A stretch of 64,000 nucleotides of DNA from Verrucomicrobiota bacterium (GTDB lineage Bacteria > Verrucomicrobiota > Verrucomicrobiia > Opitutales > Seribacteraceae), in the NCBI GenBank assembly GCA_036164015.1, contig JAYZJX010000088.1:2670-66669 (forward strand), in the 5' to 3' direction. Made by a program: the position numbers and the translations under genes. The notes below the pieces were generated by a model. The model worked only from the letters and a program-made list of their open reading frames with translations, was not told where the DNA came from and made no database searches. The number at the start of each line of letters is the position of its first letter. The stretch's first letter is position 1. Shown in pieces: positions 9,532-19,592 of this stretch.

Positions 9532-9570
9532 AAAGGGGTTCGGACCGTTATAAAGTCCGAACCCCTTTTT
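9532..9570 (+). terminator. Rho-independent terminator after ppdK
   Basis: AAAGGGGTTCGGAC-9 nt loop-GTCCGAACCCCTTT followed by a T-run. Confidence 0.85.
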
Positions 9571-9577
9571 GTTTTGA

Positions 9578-10861
9578 ATGTTTGAGGTAAAAGAAAAGCC
9601 AAGGTTGGTCGAAAAAGCTTATCTCTTGGCTGTTATTTCAAAAGAAGAGGAGAGAGCGAATGCGGAGTCTCTGTTAGATGAACTGGATGAATTAGTATCC
9701 AATTTGGGAATTAAAATTTTTCATAAAAAAGTAGTCCGGGTTCGAAAGACCTATCCAGGATATCTTATCGGAAAGGGAAAATTTAATGAGATTATTGAAG
9801 AGGTTAGTGAACTTGGTTGTGATGTAATCATTTTCGATAATGAGTTGTCTCCAAGCCAACAGCGCAATTGGGAGGCAGAATCCAAAGTTTTGGTCATTGA
9901 TAGGCAGGAAATTATTTTGGATGTTTTTGCGGCAAGGGCCCAAACAAAAGAAGCTGTTCTTCAGGTTAAACTCGCTCGGCTTGAATATTCTCTACCAAGA
10001 TTAAGGAGAGCATGGACTCACCTTGGCAGGCAGAGAGGTGGTGGAGTAACCCAAAGAGGCGAGGGAGAAGCCCAAATCGAGTTAGATCAACGCTTGGTGA
10101 GAGACCAGATCACCTCTACAAAAAAGGAAATTAAGCAGGTCGCCAAAACACGTAAAACGAGTCGTAAAAGAAGATTAAGAATTCCTATGCCAACGGTAGC
10201 CCTTGTTGGCTATACCAATGCTGGTAAATCAACCCTTTTGAACAAGGTATGTAATGCAGATGTTCTTTCAGAAGACAAATTATTCGCGACGCTTGATCCT
10301 ACCAGTCGTCAGGCAAAATTACCAACAGGAAGAAAAATAATTTTTACTGATACAGTTGGTTTTATCCGAAAGCTTCCTCACCGTTTAGTTGATGCCTTTA
10401 GGGCTACACTGGAAGAAACTTTGGTTGCAAACCTGCTTTTGCATGTAATTGACTTATCAAACCCTCAGTTTGTAGAGCATATGCAAACTACGCTTGAAGT
10501 ATTGGACGAATTGGGTGCTGAGGACAAAGAGATTTTAACAGTTTTCAACAAGATCGACCTTCTTGAAATTGATAATCTTGAAAATTTAAAACTCAGCCAA
10601 AACTGTTCTGATGGAGATAGCGTGTTTTTGAGTTGCGAATCAGGAGAGGGAATCCCAGAACTTTTACAGATCATAGAAAACAAGCTTGGGCTTACCCAGC
10701 AGCAAAGAACTTTCTTCATTCCGCATGATAAATATCATCTAGTAGTAAAAAGCAGAAAGGAAGGGAGTTTGTCTAATGAAGAAGCCGAAGATAATGGAAT
10801 CAGAATGACTGCCTATCCGAGTAAACGCCTTTTGAACGAAATACAGGAGTTTGAAGAATAA
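9578..10861 (+). CDS. hflX: GTPase HflX
   Basis: LSPSQQRNWE, GEGEAQIELDQR, VGYTNAGKSTL, LFATLDPT, DTVGFI, FNKID. Confidence 0.96.
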   Translation: MFEVKEKPRLVEKAYLLAVISKEEERANAESLLDELDELVSNLGIKIFHKKVVRVRKTYPGYLIGKGKFNEIIEEVSELGCDVIIFDNELSPSQQRNWEAESKVLVIDRQEIILDVFAARAQTKEAVLQVKLARLEYSLPRLRRAWTHLGRQRGGGVTQRGEGEAQIELDQRLVRDQITSTKKEIKQVAKTRKTSRKRRLRIPMPTVALVGYTNAGKSTLLNKVCNADVLSEDKLFATLDPTSRQAKLPTGRKIIFTDTVGFIRKLPHRLVDAFRATLEETLVANLLLHVIDLSNPQFVEHMQTTLEVLDELGAEDKEILTVFNKIDLLEIDNLENLKLSQNCSDGDSVFLSCESGEGIPELLQIIENKLGLTQQQRTFFIPHDKYHLVVKSRKEGSLSNEEAEDNGIRMTAYPSKRLLNEIQEFEE

Positions 10862-10864
10862 ATA

Positions 10865-11107
10865 TTACTTCACTTTCTTTCGGTTGTAGTCAACCCAAGT
10901 AACCCGAAGCATATTCGCTGCAATCCAAAACACACCAGTCATACAGAAAGATGTCATCGAAGATACAATAAAAATTGCAGTTGGATCTTCGGAGGGGACA
11001 TGAGGTACAAGAACTTCACGCATGAATAAAAAGAAAAGTAAAGAAAGGAAAAGATCGTTTGCTATGCCTATTCTGCCGACAAGGGGTTGGTCTTGATTTT
11101 CGCTCAT
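10865..11107 (-). CDS. Small two-TM membrane protein, unknown function
   Basis: ~80 aa with two hydrophobic stretches; fills the gap between gcvP and hflX, co-oriented with gcvP. Confidence 0.6.
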   Translation of the reverse strand: MSENQDQPLVGRIGIANDLFLSLLFFLFMREVLVPHVPSEDPTAIFIVSSMTSFCMTGVFWIAANMLRVTWVDYNRKKVK

Positions 11108-11139
11108 TAGGTACAATTATGAATGAAAAGAAAAGTTGG

Positions 11140-14100
11140 TCAAATCAAACCTTGGTTATCTTTGGCAAGTTGGATGACACGCCTTTTGATCTCATTGACA
11201 TCGAGTCTCGTAAGTTCTGCAGGGCTAATTCGATTGTGAGGCAAGGGAGGTAGACGATTAAGAGTCTCATGTAAGCGGAGATTTCGATTAGCTGAAACCT
11301 CATCAACCCGATCAATTGGCGTGAAGTGTGGTGCAGTCTTGAGAACATAGGGTGCCTCTTCAATGATGTCTTTGATAGCGAGGACAGCTTCCACAAAACG
11401 GTCGAGTTCTTTTTTGGTGTAGCTTTCAGTTGGCTCAATCATTAGTCCAAAAACCTCCGGAAATGCAACGGTCGGTGCGTGGAATCCAAAGTCAAGGAAG
11501 AGTTTACCAATCTGTGGAATAGCTTGGTTTTTAGGGATACCATGATTTTCAAGATTACTGAAGTCATCATCACTTAAAGTGAGTATAAATTCATGCATTC
11601 TAGGTGAGTTACTTACATCGATAGGTAGAGTCTGATATCTGTTTTTTAGCTTTTCGAAAAGATATCTCGCGGATAGAACGGCGACGGATGACATTCTTGG
11701 AATGCCCTCTTGTCCTAAGCGTAAAAGATATGTGTAAGCACGGACTTTGTGCCCAAAATTACCCCAATTCCGGTGAAAGGAACCAATGGAACGAGATGGA
11801 ATTTCAAAGTCATAACTTCCATCTTTCAGTTTTATGATTTGTTTCCCTGGAAGGAAATCTACGAGTTTTTCTGAGACTGCAACGATTGCATCACCCGGTC
11901 CTCCTCCACCATGAGGGATAGTCCAAGTTTTGTGCAAATTATTATGTACAGCATCCACCCCAAGTTCGGCTAAATTTATTATACCGGCAATTGCATTCAT
12001 ATTGGCCCCGTCCATGTAAACTAGTCCGCCTGCTCTGTGTACATCATCTGCAATCTTTTTGAAGTCAGTCTCAAAGATTCCTGATGTGTTAGGATTGGTT
12101 ATCATAACACCACAAAGACGATCACCATATTTAGCGAGTTTTCCAATAAAATCTTGTAGATCGATTTTACCTTGATCATTGGCTTCCAGATAAACGATAC
12201 CATCGGGATAGCCAGCCATGGCGGCAGTTGCGAAATTTGTGCCATGTGCAGACCTAGGTATTAGAATAAACTTCCTTTTAGTTTCTCCGCGACTGCGATG
12301 GTAAGCTTGAAAAAGTTTGATTCCAACTAGCTCTCCTTGAGCACCAGCAACTGGTTGGGTGGTTACACCCGACAACCCAGTTATTCCTTTAAACCATTCT
12401 TGGATTTCATGGAGTACTTTCAGTGGACCTTGAATATCTTCTTTAGGAGCCTGAGGGTGGATTTCAGCAAACCCTTTCAGTCCAGCTGCCCAGTCGTTCA
12501 GGAGTGGATTATACTTCATTGTACAGGAACCAAGAGGATAACATCCGTCGTCAGGGGATACATTTAGTTCTGCAAGTTTTCCAAAATACTCTCGTAATTC
12601 TTCATTAGAATAGGCAGGTAGAGTAACTGGTTTTCTTCTAAGGTATTTCTCATCAATTCGAAAAGAATTTTTAGAATTTTCAGATAAGGCAGACGAAAAC
12701 TCTGATTGTAAAAATGATATTAAACTATTTATGTTTTCTTCGGAGTGTAGATTTGAAAAGGAAAGTTTTATGAGCTCTACATTCTTCTTAGGTGTCTTGA
12801 TACGGTCTGAAATATTGACACCAAGGTGGATGCCTGCTGCTCTTGCGTTGTTTTGCAGGGTAGAGGCAGGCTTGTCGGTAAGAATTGAGAGTTCAGTCGG
12901 AGAGATATTTTCCGTGTAGGCAAGTTCTATTCCTTCAAGTGAGTCTATTGCATCGATTACTTTTTGTTGGTTACGATTAGCAAGTTCAACTGCCTCTCCC
13001 AACCCTTTAGAACCCTGCGAAAGAATGCTGGCACCCGCTAAAGTAGCTAGAAACGCCTGGTTGGAGCATACATTTGATGTCGCTTTCTCCTTACGTATGT
13101 GTTGCTCGCGAGTTGAAAGCACCATGACATGACAGTCACGCCCATTTAAATCTTTAGCCTGACCAATGTAGCGACCAGGGGTGTTACGTAAATCAGATTT
13201 ATTTTCGTCATTGTGACGGCAGCCAAAAATCCCCAAGCCAGGACCTCCAAAATTTGGAGGTATTGCTAAATGCTGAGCATCTCCAGCAATAAAATCAGCA
13301 CCCGAACGTCCAAATTCAACTGGTGGTTTTAAACCACCTTCTCCTAGCAAGAAAGGATCAATACAAGCGATTGAACGAATACGATTGTCATCACAAAAAT
13401 CAGTTAGCAGATCGACATCTTCAAGAAGCCCAAGAGAGTTAACTTGAGGATAAACAAGGGCGGAGTATTGGTTTAGGTCTTCAATGCTAAAAGAGGACAG
13501 TTGGCCATAATTACATCGCCCTGTATTGTGATCTAAATCAAGAAAATCAAATTTAATACCCGTCTCTTCGGAAAGAGTTTGCAGGACTTGAATTTCCTGA
13601 GGAAAGAGAGATGATGCTAAGAGAATTCTCGACGATTTTCGACTTGTACGAATTGCACAGGTAATCGCCTCGTAAATAGCAAATGATCTGTCGTAAAGTG
13701 ATGTGTTAATTGCTTCAAAGCCTGTAAGAAGAGACATAGCACATTGATAAATCCAGTGAGTTATGAGTGTCCCTTGACTTCTCTCCGGTTGGTAGGGTGT
13801 GTAGGAGGTGGATAAGTTTCTTAAATTGGATACAAACTCAACAATGGGTGGAGTTTTCCAAACTGGGAGCTGATCTCCGATGAAGGAAATTTTATGATTT
13901 GAAAGGTTGGAAATTTGGAAAACTTTTTCTGCAACTTCATTATAACCTTTTTCTTCAGGCAGTGGAAGTGGATGAGGGAAAAGAAGGTGTGGATCGATGT
14001 GTCCGAATAATTGGCTTAAATCTCGCAATCCTACCTTAGCGAGCATCTTACAGATGTCATCTTCGTTTGCACTGACATAGTGACGTCGGAATTCCCTGGG

Positions 14101-14184
14101 AAACTCTAATGGGTCAAAAGGTAATTTAACGCTAGTGGAGTTATCTGTTGAAGTATTCTTATCTATGACATTCCCAATTTCCAT
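11140..14184 (-). CDS. gcvP: Glycine dehydrogenase (glycine cleavage P protein), single-chain PA+PB
   Basis: SYTPYQPERSQG, TREQHIRKEKATSNVCSNQ, YPLGSCTMKYNP, HNNLHKTWTIPHGGGGPG (PLP lysine), MIEPTES. Confidence 0.95.
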   Translation of the reverse strand: MEIGNVIDKNTSTDNSTSVKLPFDPLEFPREFRRHYVSANEDDICKMLAKVGLRDLSQLFGHIDPHLLFPHPLPLPEEKGYNEVAEKVFQISNLSNHKISFIGDQLPVWKTPPIVEFVSNLRNLSTSYTPYQPERSQGTLITHWIYQCAMSLLTGFEAINTSLYDRSFAIYEAITCAIRTSRKSSRILLASSLFPQEIQVLQTLSEETGIKFDFLDLDHNTGRCNYGQLSSFSIEDLNQYSALVYPQVNSLGLLEDVDLLTDFCDDNRIRSIACIDPFLLGEGGLKPPVEFGRSGADFIAGDAQHLAIPPNFGGPGLGIFGCRHNDENKSDLRNTPGRYIGQAKDLNGRDCHVMVLSTREQHIRKEKATSNVCSNQAFLATLAGASILSQGSKGLGEAVELANRNQQKVIDAIDSLEGIELAYTENISPTELSILTDKPASTLQNNARAAGIHLGVNISDRIKTPKKNVELIKLSFSNLHSEENINSLISFLQSEFSSALSENSKNSFRIDEKYLRRKPVTLPAYSNEELREYFGKLAELNVSPDDGCYPLGSCTMKYNPLLNDWAAGLKGFAEIHPQAPKEDIQGPLKVLHEIQEWFKGITGLSGVTTQPVAGAQGELVGIKLFQAYHRSRGETKRKFILIPRSAHGTNFATAAMAGYPDGIVYLEANDQGKIDLQDFIGKLAKYGDRLCGVMITNPNTSGIFETDFKKIADDVHRAGGLVYMDGANMNAIAGIINLAELGVDAVHNNLHKTWTIPHGGGGPGDAIVAVSEKLVDFLPGKQIIKLKDGSYDFEIPSRSIGSFHRNWGNFGHKVRAYTYLLRLGQEGIPRMSSVAVLSARYLFEKLKNRYQTLPIDVSNSPRMHEFILTLSDDDFSNLENHGIPKNQAIPQIGKLFLDFGFHAPTVAFPEVFGLMIEPTESYTKKELDRFVEAVLAIKDIIEEAPYVLKTAPHFTPIDRVDEVSANRNLRLHETLNRLPPLPHNRISPAELTRLDVNEIKRRVIQLAKDNQGLI

Positions 14185-14281
14185 TCTCTTAATCTATTCA
14201 AGAAAGTAGAAAAAGAAATGAAGTATTATTCACATAATGAACTTTTTTTTGAAACTAATGTAGCTCTAGAGAATTAAAGCT

Positions 14282-15376
14282 TTAGTTGACGGGGAGATTT
14301 TTAATGAACCTGCCATTTTCCCAAAGATTCTTTTCGGTTAATTCACCATTTTCAAAATATAATTCTTCACCGTGCATTTTTCCATTCTTTAACTCCAATT
14401 CACCATTTTTATTTCCTAAATCGTTAAGTATGATCATCTTTCCAGAAAAAGGTTGATTTGTGCCTTTTTCGAAGACTGTATCGATTCCATTAACGAGTTT
14501 CGTATCGAATGAGATTTCCGCCTCTTTGGGTGTGCCAGTCCAAAGATTTTCGTCTTCAAGTCCTGAAACAGTTTTAATTTCTGGATTTTCTACATTTTTT
14601 GTATCCTGTGGTGCCAACGGTATTTCATTTTCTGAATTATTCATCTTGTTCTGGATGGCAGCTTGTTCTCCATCCGAAATAGAGTCCGTTAAATTTATAG
14701 AGGGAAATGTAAAATTGCCCTCTGAGGAAGATGAATTTAAATTATCAATTTCTACAGTTTGGTTAGTTGATGAAAAACTTGGATCTTCAGCATTTTGATT
14801 TTCTGGGTTAATCTCATCGATTTTCTCAATATGGGCCGGAATTACAATCTGTGGTTTTTCAGAGGGTTGCGGTAGAGGAGCAGGCTCTGTTAAAAGCTTT
14901 CCGTGCTTCCATTTGCCTTTGATAGTTCGACCATCTTTCTTGGTAATTACACCATTTCCATGCATCAGATCATCAAACCATTCACCACGATAAATGCTTC
15001 CGTTTGCTGATTCAAAAATACCTTGGCCGTGTCTCTTTCCATTAAGGAAAAAGCCACGATAAACTGAGCCATCAGACCAAGCGTATACTCCTTCTCCAGT
15101 TCTCTGATCTTTGACATATTCTCCTTTGTAATATTCACCATTTGCCCAACGGAAATGTCCTTTCCCATGTCGAACACCTGATTCAAAATCGCCTTCATAT
15201 GATGATCCATCTAGCCATTGGTAAGTCCCTTTTCCATGCTTACGACCTTCACTATCCACTTCACCAGTGTACGAACCGTCGCTAAAATCGATCGATGAAA
15301 TTTTATTTGAGGATTTACAACCTACTAGAATCAAAAGGCAAAGCAGATTTAATACAAAAGAGGTAGTTGGCTTCAT
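14282..15376 (-). CDS. MORN-repeat lipoprotein with acidic linker and C-terminal MORN-variant unit
   Basis: Lipobox LVGC; 5-6 classical YxGxxxxGxRHGxGxxxWxDG repeats; C-terminal PFSGKM...KNGKMHG. Confidence 0.88.
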   Translation of the reverse strand: MKPTTSFVLNLLCLLILVGCKSSNKISSIDFSDGSYTGEVDSEGRKHGKGTYQWLDGSSYEGDFESGVRHGKGHFRWANGEYYKGEYVKDQRTGEGVYAWSDGSVYRGFFLNGKRHGQGIFESANGSIYRGEWFDDLMHGNGVITKKDGRTIKGKWKHGKLLTEPAPLPQPSEKPQIVIPAHIEKIDEINPENQNAEDPSFSSTNQTVEIDNLNSSSSEGNFTFPSINLTDSISDGEQAAIQNKMNNSENEIPLAPQDTKNVENPEIKTVSGLEDENLWTGTPKEAEISFDTKLVNGIDTVFEKGTNQPFSGKMIILNDLGNKNGELELKNGKMHGEELYFENGELTEKNLWENGRFIKNLPVN

Positions 15377-15586
15377 AATATAAAAGAAAATGAGAATAGC
15401 CTTTCGGGCAAGCGTGTAAATTCTACAAAAGTCGTTTCTGATACAAAGATTTATTTTTAAGAAGACAAAATAAATTCTAGCAGAAGCTCTGGAAGTATGT
15501 TTTCATCATAAGCAAAACACTCGAGTTTTTAGTTGTAATATTCTACAAGCAAAATTGGAATCTTTAAACTGCTTTTACAATTTTCA

Positions 15587-15675
<89 letters not shown>

Positions 15676-15676
15676 T

Positions 15677-17074
15677 TTATTTGTTATTGTAAAAAGCGTT
15701 GATCTTTTCCGCTACATCACGAAAAGAAATGTCGGCTGAATAGACTAACTTGAACTCTTCCATTGCTTCTTCACCTTTTTTCATCGACTCGTAACAACAC
15801 CCAAGTTCGTAAATTGCCTCTTTCTTCCGTTCATCCATAATCTGAATTTCAGACTTTAAGAGGTTAAACTGCTCAATTGCCAAGTCATAAAAATTCTTGC
15901 GACTGTAAGCACGTCCTAAATAAAGAATAGCGTCTAGTCTGACTTTGGCATTTTTCTGAGCTAACTGAAAATGGGCGAGGCAACCTTCGAAGTCTTCCTC
16001 CTCAAACATTATCAATCCTAATTCATATCGATATCCGAAATCGTTGGGATACCTTTGCACCAAAGATTCAAGCTGGCTCTTCTGGTAATCCTTTCGATTT
16101 TTAATAGCATCTTCCCAAGAAGCTTTGATCTCTGGGTCATTTGGCATTTCGTTGTATTGCTTTTCCCATTGATCGATAACATCGTCGTAATACTCCAAAG
16201 TTAATGCCCGTTCTTTTTCCTCAAGTGACACATCGCTTTTGCCTGCATCCTGCTTTCTTGCTTGCTGAATCCAAGCAATAGCGTTTTCCAAGTCACCATA
16301 CCTTTGGTAGTATTCACTTAGCTGCCGGTAGTGATTTAAGTTTTCTGGTTCTTCCTCCCACTTGGCATAGGTTTGCCGAATCAAATCCTCAAGCCCTTTT
16401 GAATCATTTACCACTTTGGAAGCTTGCTCCAAGGATTGAGCTTCTGCCTCATCTTTTAATTGTTTGCGAAAGTCTTCAGATTCCTCCCACTTTCCCTTAT
16501 TCATAGCCACGGCGACAGAAGCACGCTTCATTAAGTCTTCGGCATCTCCGTCGCTTGGGTTTATTTTTTGAATCTCGTTACCTATGGCAATGGTTTTTTC
16601 CGTGTCTCCCACTTCTAAATATGCATTACCCAGTTCTTTTAGGTTCTTGATATCTTTTGGGTTTATCTGCCTAATTGTTTCCAGACCAAATACTGCAGTC
16701 TGCTTCATTTCCAGAGCTATTGCTGCTTCGACTAATATTTGATGTGCAATGATATTGGCTACAGATTTATCTATGAGCTCTTCCGCTTTAGCGAGAGCTT
16801 CCTCCGGGTTTTTGTCTCCCTTGCCACGAAACATTAAAGGAGTTGCAGCTACTCTACCAAAAAGAGTCGAAAATCCTTTAGTATTTTTGCTGGCAAGTCT
16901 AAATTGTAGATTCCGTAATTTTTTCCTGATTTCAAGGCATCCGGGTGCAAGCTTAAGAATAGCAGAGTAAATTTCTCTGGAATAAGACGGATTAGAAATT
17001 AATGCCTTGTCTGCACCATCGACCTGCTTGACTTGCCTTGGATCTAAGTTGGTTATTGGAATCTCTTCAATCAT
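15677..17074 (-). CDS. Tetratricopeptide-repeat protein
   Basis: Multiple TPR-like helix pairs ([43 protein letters not shown]); no signal peptide. Confidence 0.8.
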   Translation of the reverse strand: MIEEIPITNLDPRQVKQVDGADKALISNPSYSREIYSAILKLAPGCLEIRKKLRNLQFRLASKNTKGFSTLFGRVAATPLMFRGKGDKNPEEALAKAEELIDKSVANIIAHQILVEAAIALEMKQTAVFGLETIRQINPKDIKNLKELGNAYLEVGDTEKTIAIGNEIQKINPSDGDAEDLMKRASVAVAMNKGKWEESEDFRKQLKDEAEAQSLEQASKVVNDSKGLEDLIRQTYAKWEEEPENLNHYRQLSEYYQRYGDLENAIAWIQQARKQDAGKSDVSLEEKERALTLEYYDDVIDQWEKQYNEMPNDPEIKASWEDAIKNRKDYQKSQLESLVQRYPNDFGYRYELGLIMFEEEDFEGCLAHFQLAQKNAKVRLDAILYLGRAYSRKNFYDLAIEQFNLLKSEIQIMDERKKEAIYELGCCYESMKKGEEAMEEFKLVYSADISFRDVAEKINAFYNNK

Positions 17075-17126
17075 TGGGGTAGTTACCTTGGATAAGACGA
17101 AAATATTTAAAAGCGAACAAATTCTA

Positions 17127-18470
17127 TTAAATTTTACTCACAGTTTCATAAATCTTTGCATAAGCTTCATTTACCAGGTTTTTGTTTCTTGCCTCGACCA
17201 AAATCCTTAGTTTTGGCTCTGTTCCAGAGTACCGAACTAGGGTTCTTCCATTTTCTCCTAATTTTTTATTAATTTCTTGAAGGCAGTCTTGAAGACCAGC
17301 TAAGTTTTCAATGGGCGTCTTTTGCATTACTTCAACGGCACCAGATTTTGAAGGCCACAATTTAACCTTTTGGCAATATTTCGAAAAGTTTTCAAATTCG
17401 CTACTAATAAAACAATTTAAGACTGATAAGGCTGCAAATAAACCGTCACCAGTATTAAGATAATCGGTACAAATGATGTGACCTGAGGATTCTCCTCCCC
17501 AATTACATCCAAGCTTTTTCATTTCGAGGTAAACATTTCTATCACCAACATCTGTTCTATGTAAGGAAAGATCATTTCTCTTGAGAGTTTCAGAAAGACC
17601 AGAGTTACTATGAATGGTCGCAACTAAACCATCTCCAGTGAGACTTTTATTGTGATGGTTTTCAATAGTCAGAATCCCCAGAATTTGATCGCCCTCTACT
17701 TCGGTTCCGTTCTCATCGACGAATACCACACGGTCACCATCACCATCATGTGCAAATCCCAAGTGAGCCTTTTGGGCTTTGACTTCCTCTTGTAATCTTT
17801 GGACAAATTCCGATCCACATTGGTGATTGATCATGCCATTGCCATTATTTATTTCAAAAACCTCGGCTCCGAAGGAACGAAGAATTTCAGGGGTTAGGCT
17901 ACAAGTTGCGCCATTAGAAAGGTCTACAACCAGTCTGATTCCATTCAGAAAATTTTTTGCAAATTTTGTACTAAGATTGATGGTGTATTTTGATACGAGA
18001 TCACTTGAAAACGAAGGTAAATCACAAATTCCAAAATTCAGATTGCAATTATTACAAATTTCAAAAAACGATTCGATGCTTTGTTCTTCCTCTATGCTTA
18101 ATTTACTTCCTTCCGAAGAAATGATTTTAAACCCGTTGTCACCATGCGGATTGTGTGAGGCTGTAATCATCACAGCACAACAGCAACTAGTAGTTGAGGC
18201 TGAGTAGGCGATTACAGGAGTTGGAATCACACCCGCATTTATAACTTCCATACCATATTCATTTATTCCACTTATTAAATATTGCATTAGTTCCAAACCA
18301 GATGGTCTTGTATCCCGTGCAAGCAAAATAGGCTTATTGATATGTCCGTTTTTTTGATAATGAGATGCAACTGCCCTTCCCAGAGAATAAGCAAAAGAAT
18401 TGTTGATTATCTTGCCTCCGTAAGTTCCACGGATACCGTCAGTACCAAAGAATTTTAGATTTTTGTTCAC
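17127..18470 (-). CDS. glmM: Phosphoglucosamine mutase
   Basis: FFGTDGIRG, MITASHNP, HDGDGDR, GGESSGH, VRYSGTEP. Confidence 0.92.
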   Translation of the reverse strand: MNKNLKFFGTDGIRGTYGGKIINNSFAYSLGRAVASHYQKNGHINKPILLARDTRPSGLELMQYLISGINEYGMEVINAGVIPTPVIAYSASTTSCCCAVMITASHNPHGDNGFKIISSEGSKLSIEEEQSIESFFEICNNCNLNFGICDLPSFSSDLVSKYTINLSTKFAKNFLNGIRLVVDLSNGATCSLTPEILRSFGAEVFEINNGNGMINHQCGSEFVQRLQEEVKAQKAHLGFAHDGDGDRVVFVDENGTEVEGDQILGILTIENHHNKSLTGDGLVATIHSNSGLSETLKRNDLSLHRTDVGDRNVYLEMKKLGCNWGGESSGHIICTDYLNTGDGLFAALSVLNCFISSEFENFSKYCQKVKLWPSKSGAVEVMQKTPIENLAGLQDCLQEINKKLGENGRTLVRYSGTEPKLRILVEARNKNLVNEAYAKIYETVSKI

Positions 18471-19528
18471 TTAAAAAAAACATCCACTTCGGATAACCAC
18501 TTTTTTATTAAGCCATCGGTTAAAATTGATTCCGCTAGTTCAGCCCCTTCTCCTAATGAAGAACATCGCCCAACTATCCAAAAGGCAGTTGCTGCATTGA
18601 TGATGACTGTAGAAAGTAAAGCTGGCGGTGCATTACCTTCAATCAAGGTTTTCATAATTTTTATATTTTGATCCAAGGTCCCGCCTGCTAGATCGTTAAA
18701 AGAGCCCTCTTTTTGTTTCCATCTTGAGGGCTCCCAGATTTCCATTAAGTTGGCTTTATTTTTTCCAATCCCGCAGATTTTATTTTCTCCGCAGGAGGTA
18801 AGTTCATCGACTCCAGAAACGGGCCCGTTAGGTAAAAATCCATGAACAACGAGTCCAGATGTTACATCATTGCTTGTCAAAGCATGGGAAATTTTCTGCA
18901 TGTATTTTGGGCTAAAAACGCCCAGCAGTTGATTGGATGGTTGCGCAGGATTTATGGCAGGCCCGAGAAGATTGAAAATAGTAATTATTCCTTCTTCTGC
19001 CAAAGATTTTCGAACTGGACCAATGTGCTTAAATGCTGGATGAAATTGCGGGGCAAAAAGGAAACTGAAATTCAGTTTTTTCATACCCTCAAGCCTGTTT
19101 TCTTCTGTGCAACTCAAAGGAATGCCTATTGCTTCAATCAAATCAGCACTGCCACATTTTGAGCTAATCGACCTGTTTCCATGTTTAATCACGGGTATCC
19201 CAGCACTTGCCAACATAAATGAAACGAATGTTGAAATATTAAAACTATTTGCCTTGTCTCCACCTGTGCCACAAAGGTCGATTGCTCTGTCAGCAAAATC
19301 ACCTAGATTAGGGTCAATCGATAACTTACGGAATTCATTTACAAAATGTGCAAATTCATCATCTGATTCCCCTTTTTGCGAAAGTGAAAGAAGGAATCGT
19401 TTTTTTAATTCCAAAGAAGTTGACTCCTTGACCAATTCCTGAACACATGAAGCGATCTCTTGTTGAGTCAAATCTCGCTTATTCTTTAAATGATTGATTG
19501 AGGCGAAAAGTTGTGTTGTATCATCCAT
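18467..19528 (-). CDS. trpD: Anthranilate phosphoribosyltransferase
   Basis: DLCGTGGD, NISTF, KHGNRSISSKCGSAD, FNLLGPAINPA, GVDEL. Confidence 0.95.
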   Translation of the reverse strand: MDDTTQLFASINHLKNKRDLTQQEIASCVQELVKESTSLELKKRFLLSLSQKGESDDEFAHFVNEFRKLSIDPNLGDFADRAIDLCGTGGDKANSFNISTFVSFMLASAGIPVIKHGNRSISSKCGSADLIEAIGIPLSCTEENRLEGMKKLNFSFLFAPQFHPAFKHIGPVRKSLAEEGIITIFNLLGPAINPAQPSNQLLGVFSPKYMQKISHALTSNDVTSGLVVHGFLPNGPVSGVDELTSCGENKICGIGKNKANLMEIWEPSRWKQKEGSFNDLAGGTLDQNIKIMKTLIEGNAPPALLSTVIINAATAFWIVGRCSSLGEGAELAESILTDGLIKKWLSEVDVFFK

Positions 19529-19592
19529 TGACGATGTTTCGTTTACAATTTAATTGATGCATTATTAGTTGATACATCTTGTAGAACCATTT

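Noticed and set aside
14185-14281. Glycine riboswitch upstream of gcvP
   Set aside because: Only 97 bp, very AT-rich, no GGAGA/CAGG aptamer core.
15410-15550. AATTCTAC-like words resembling a Cas12a repeat end
   Set aside because: Only 8-9 bp match, irregular spacing, no conserved full-length repeat.
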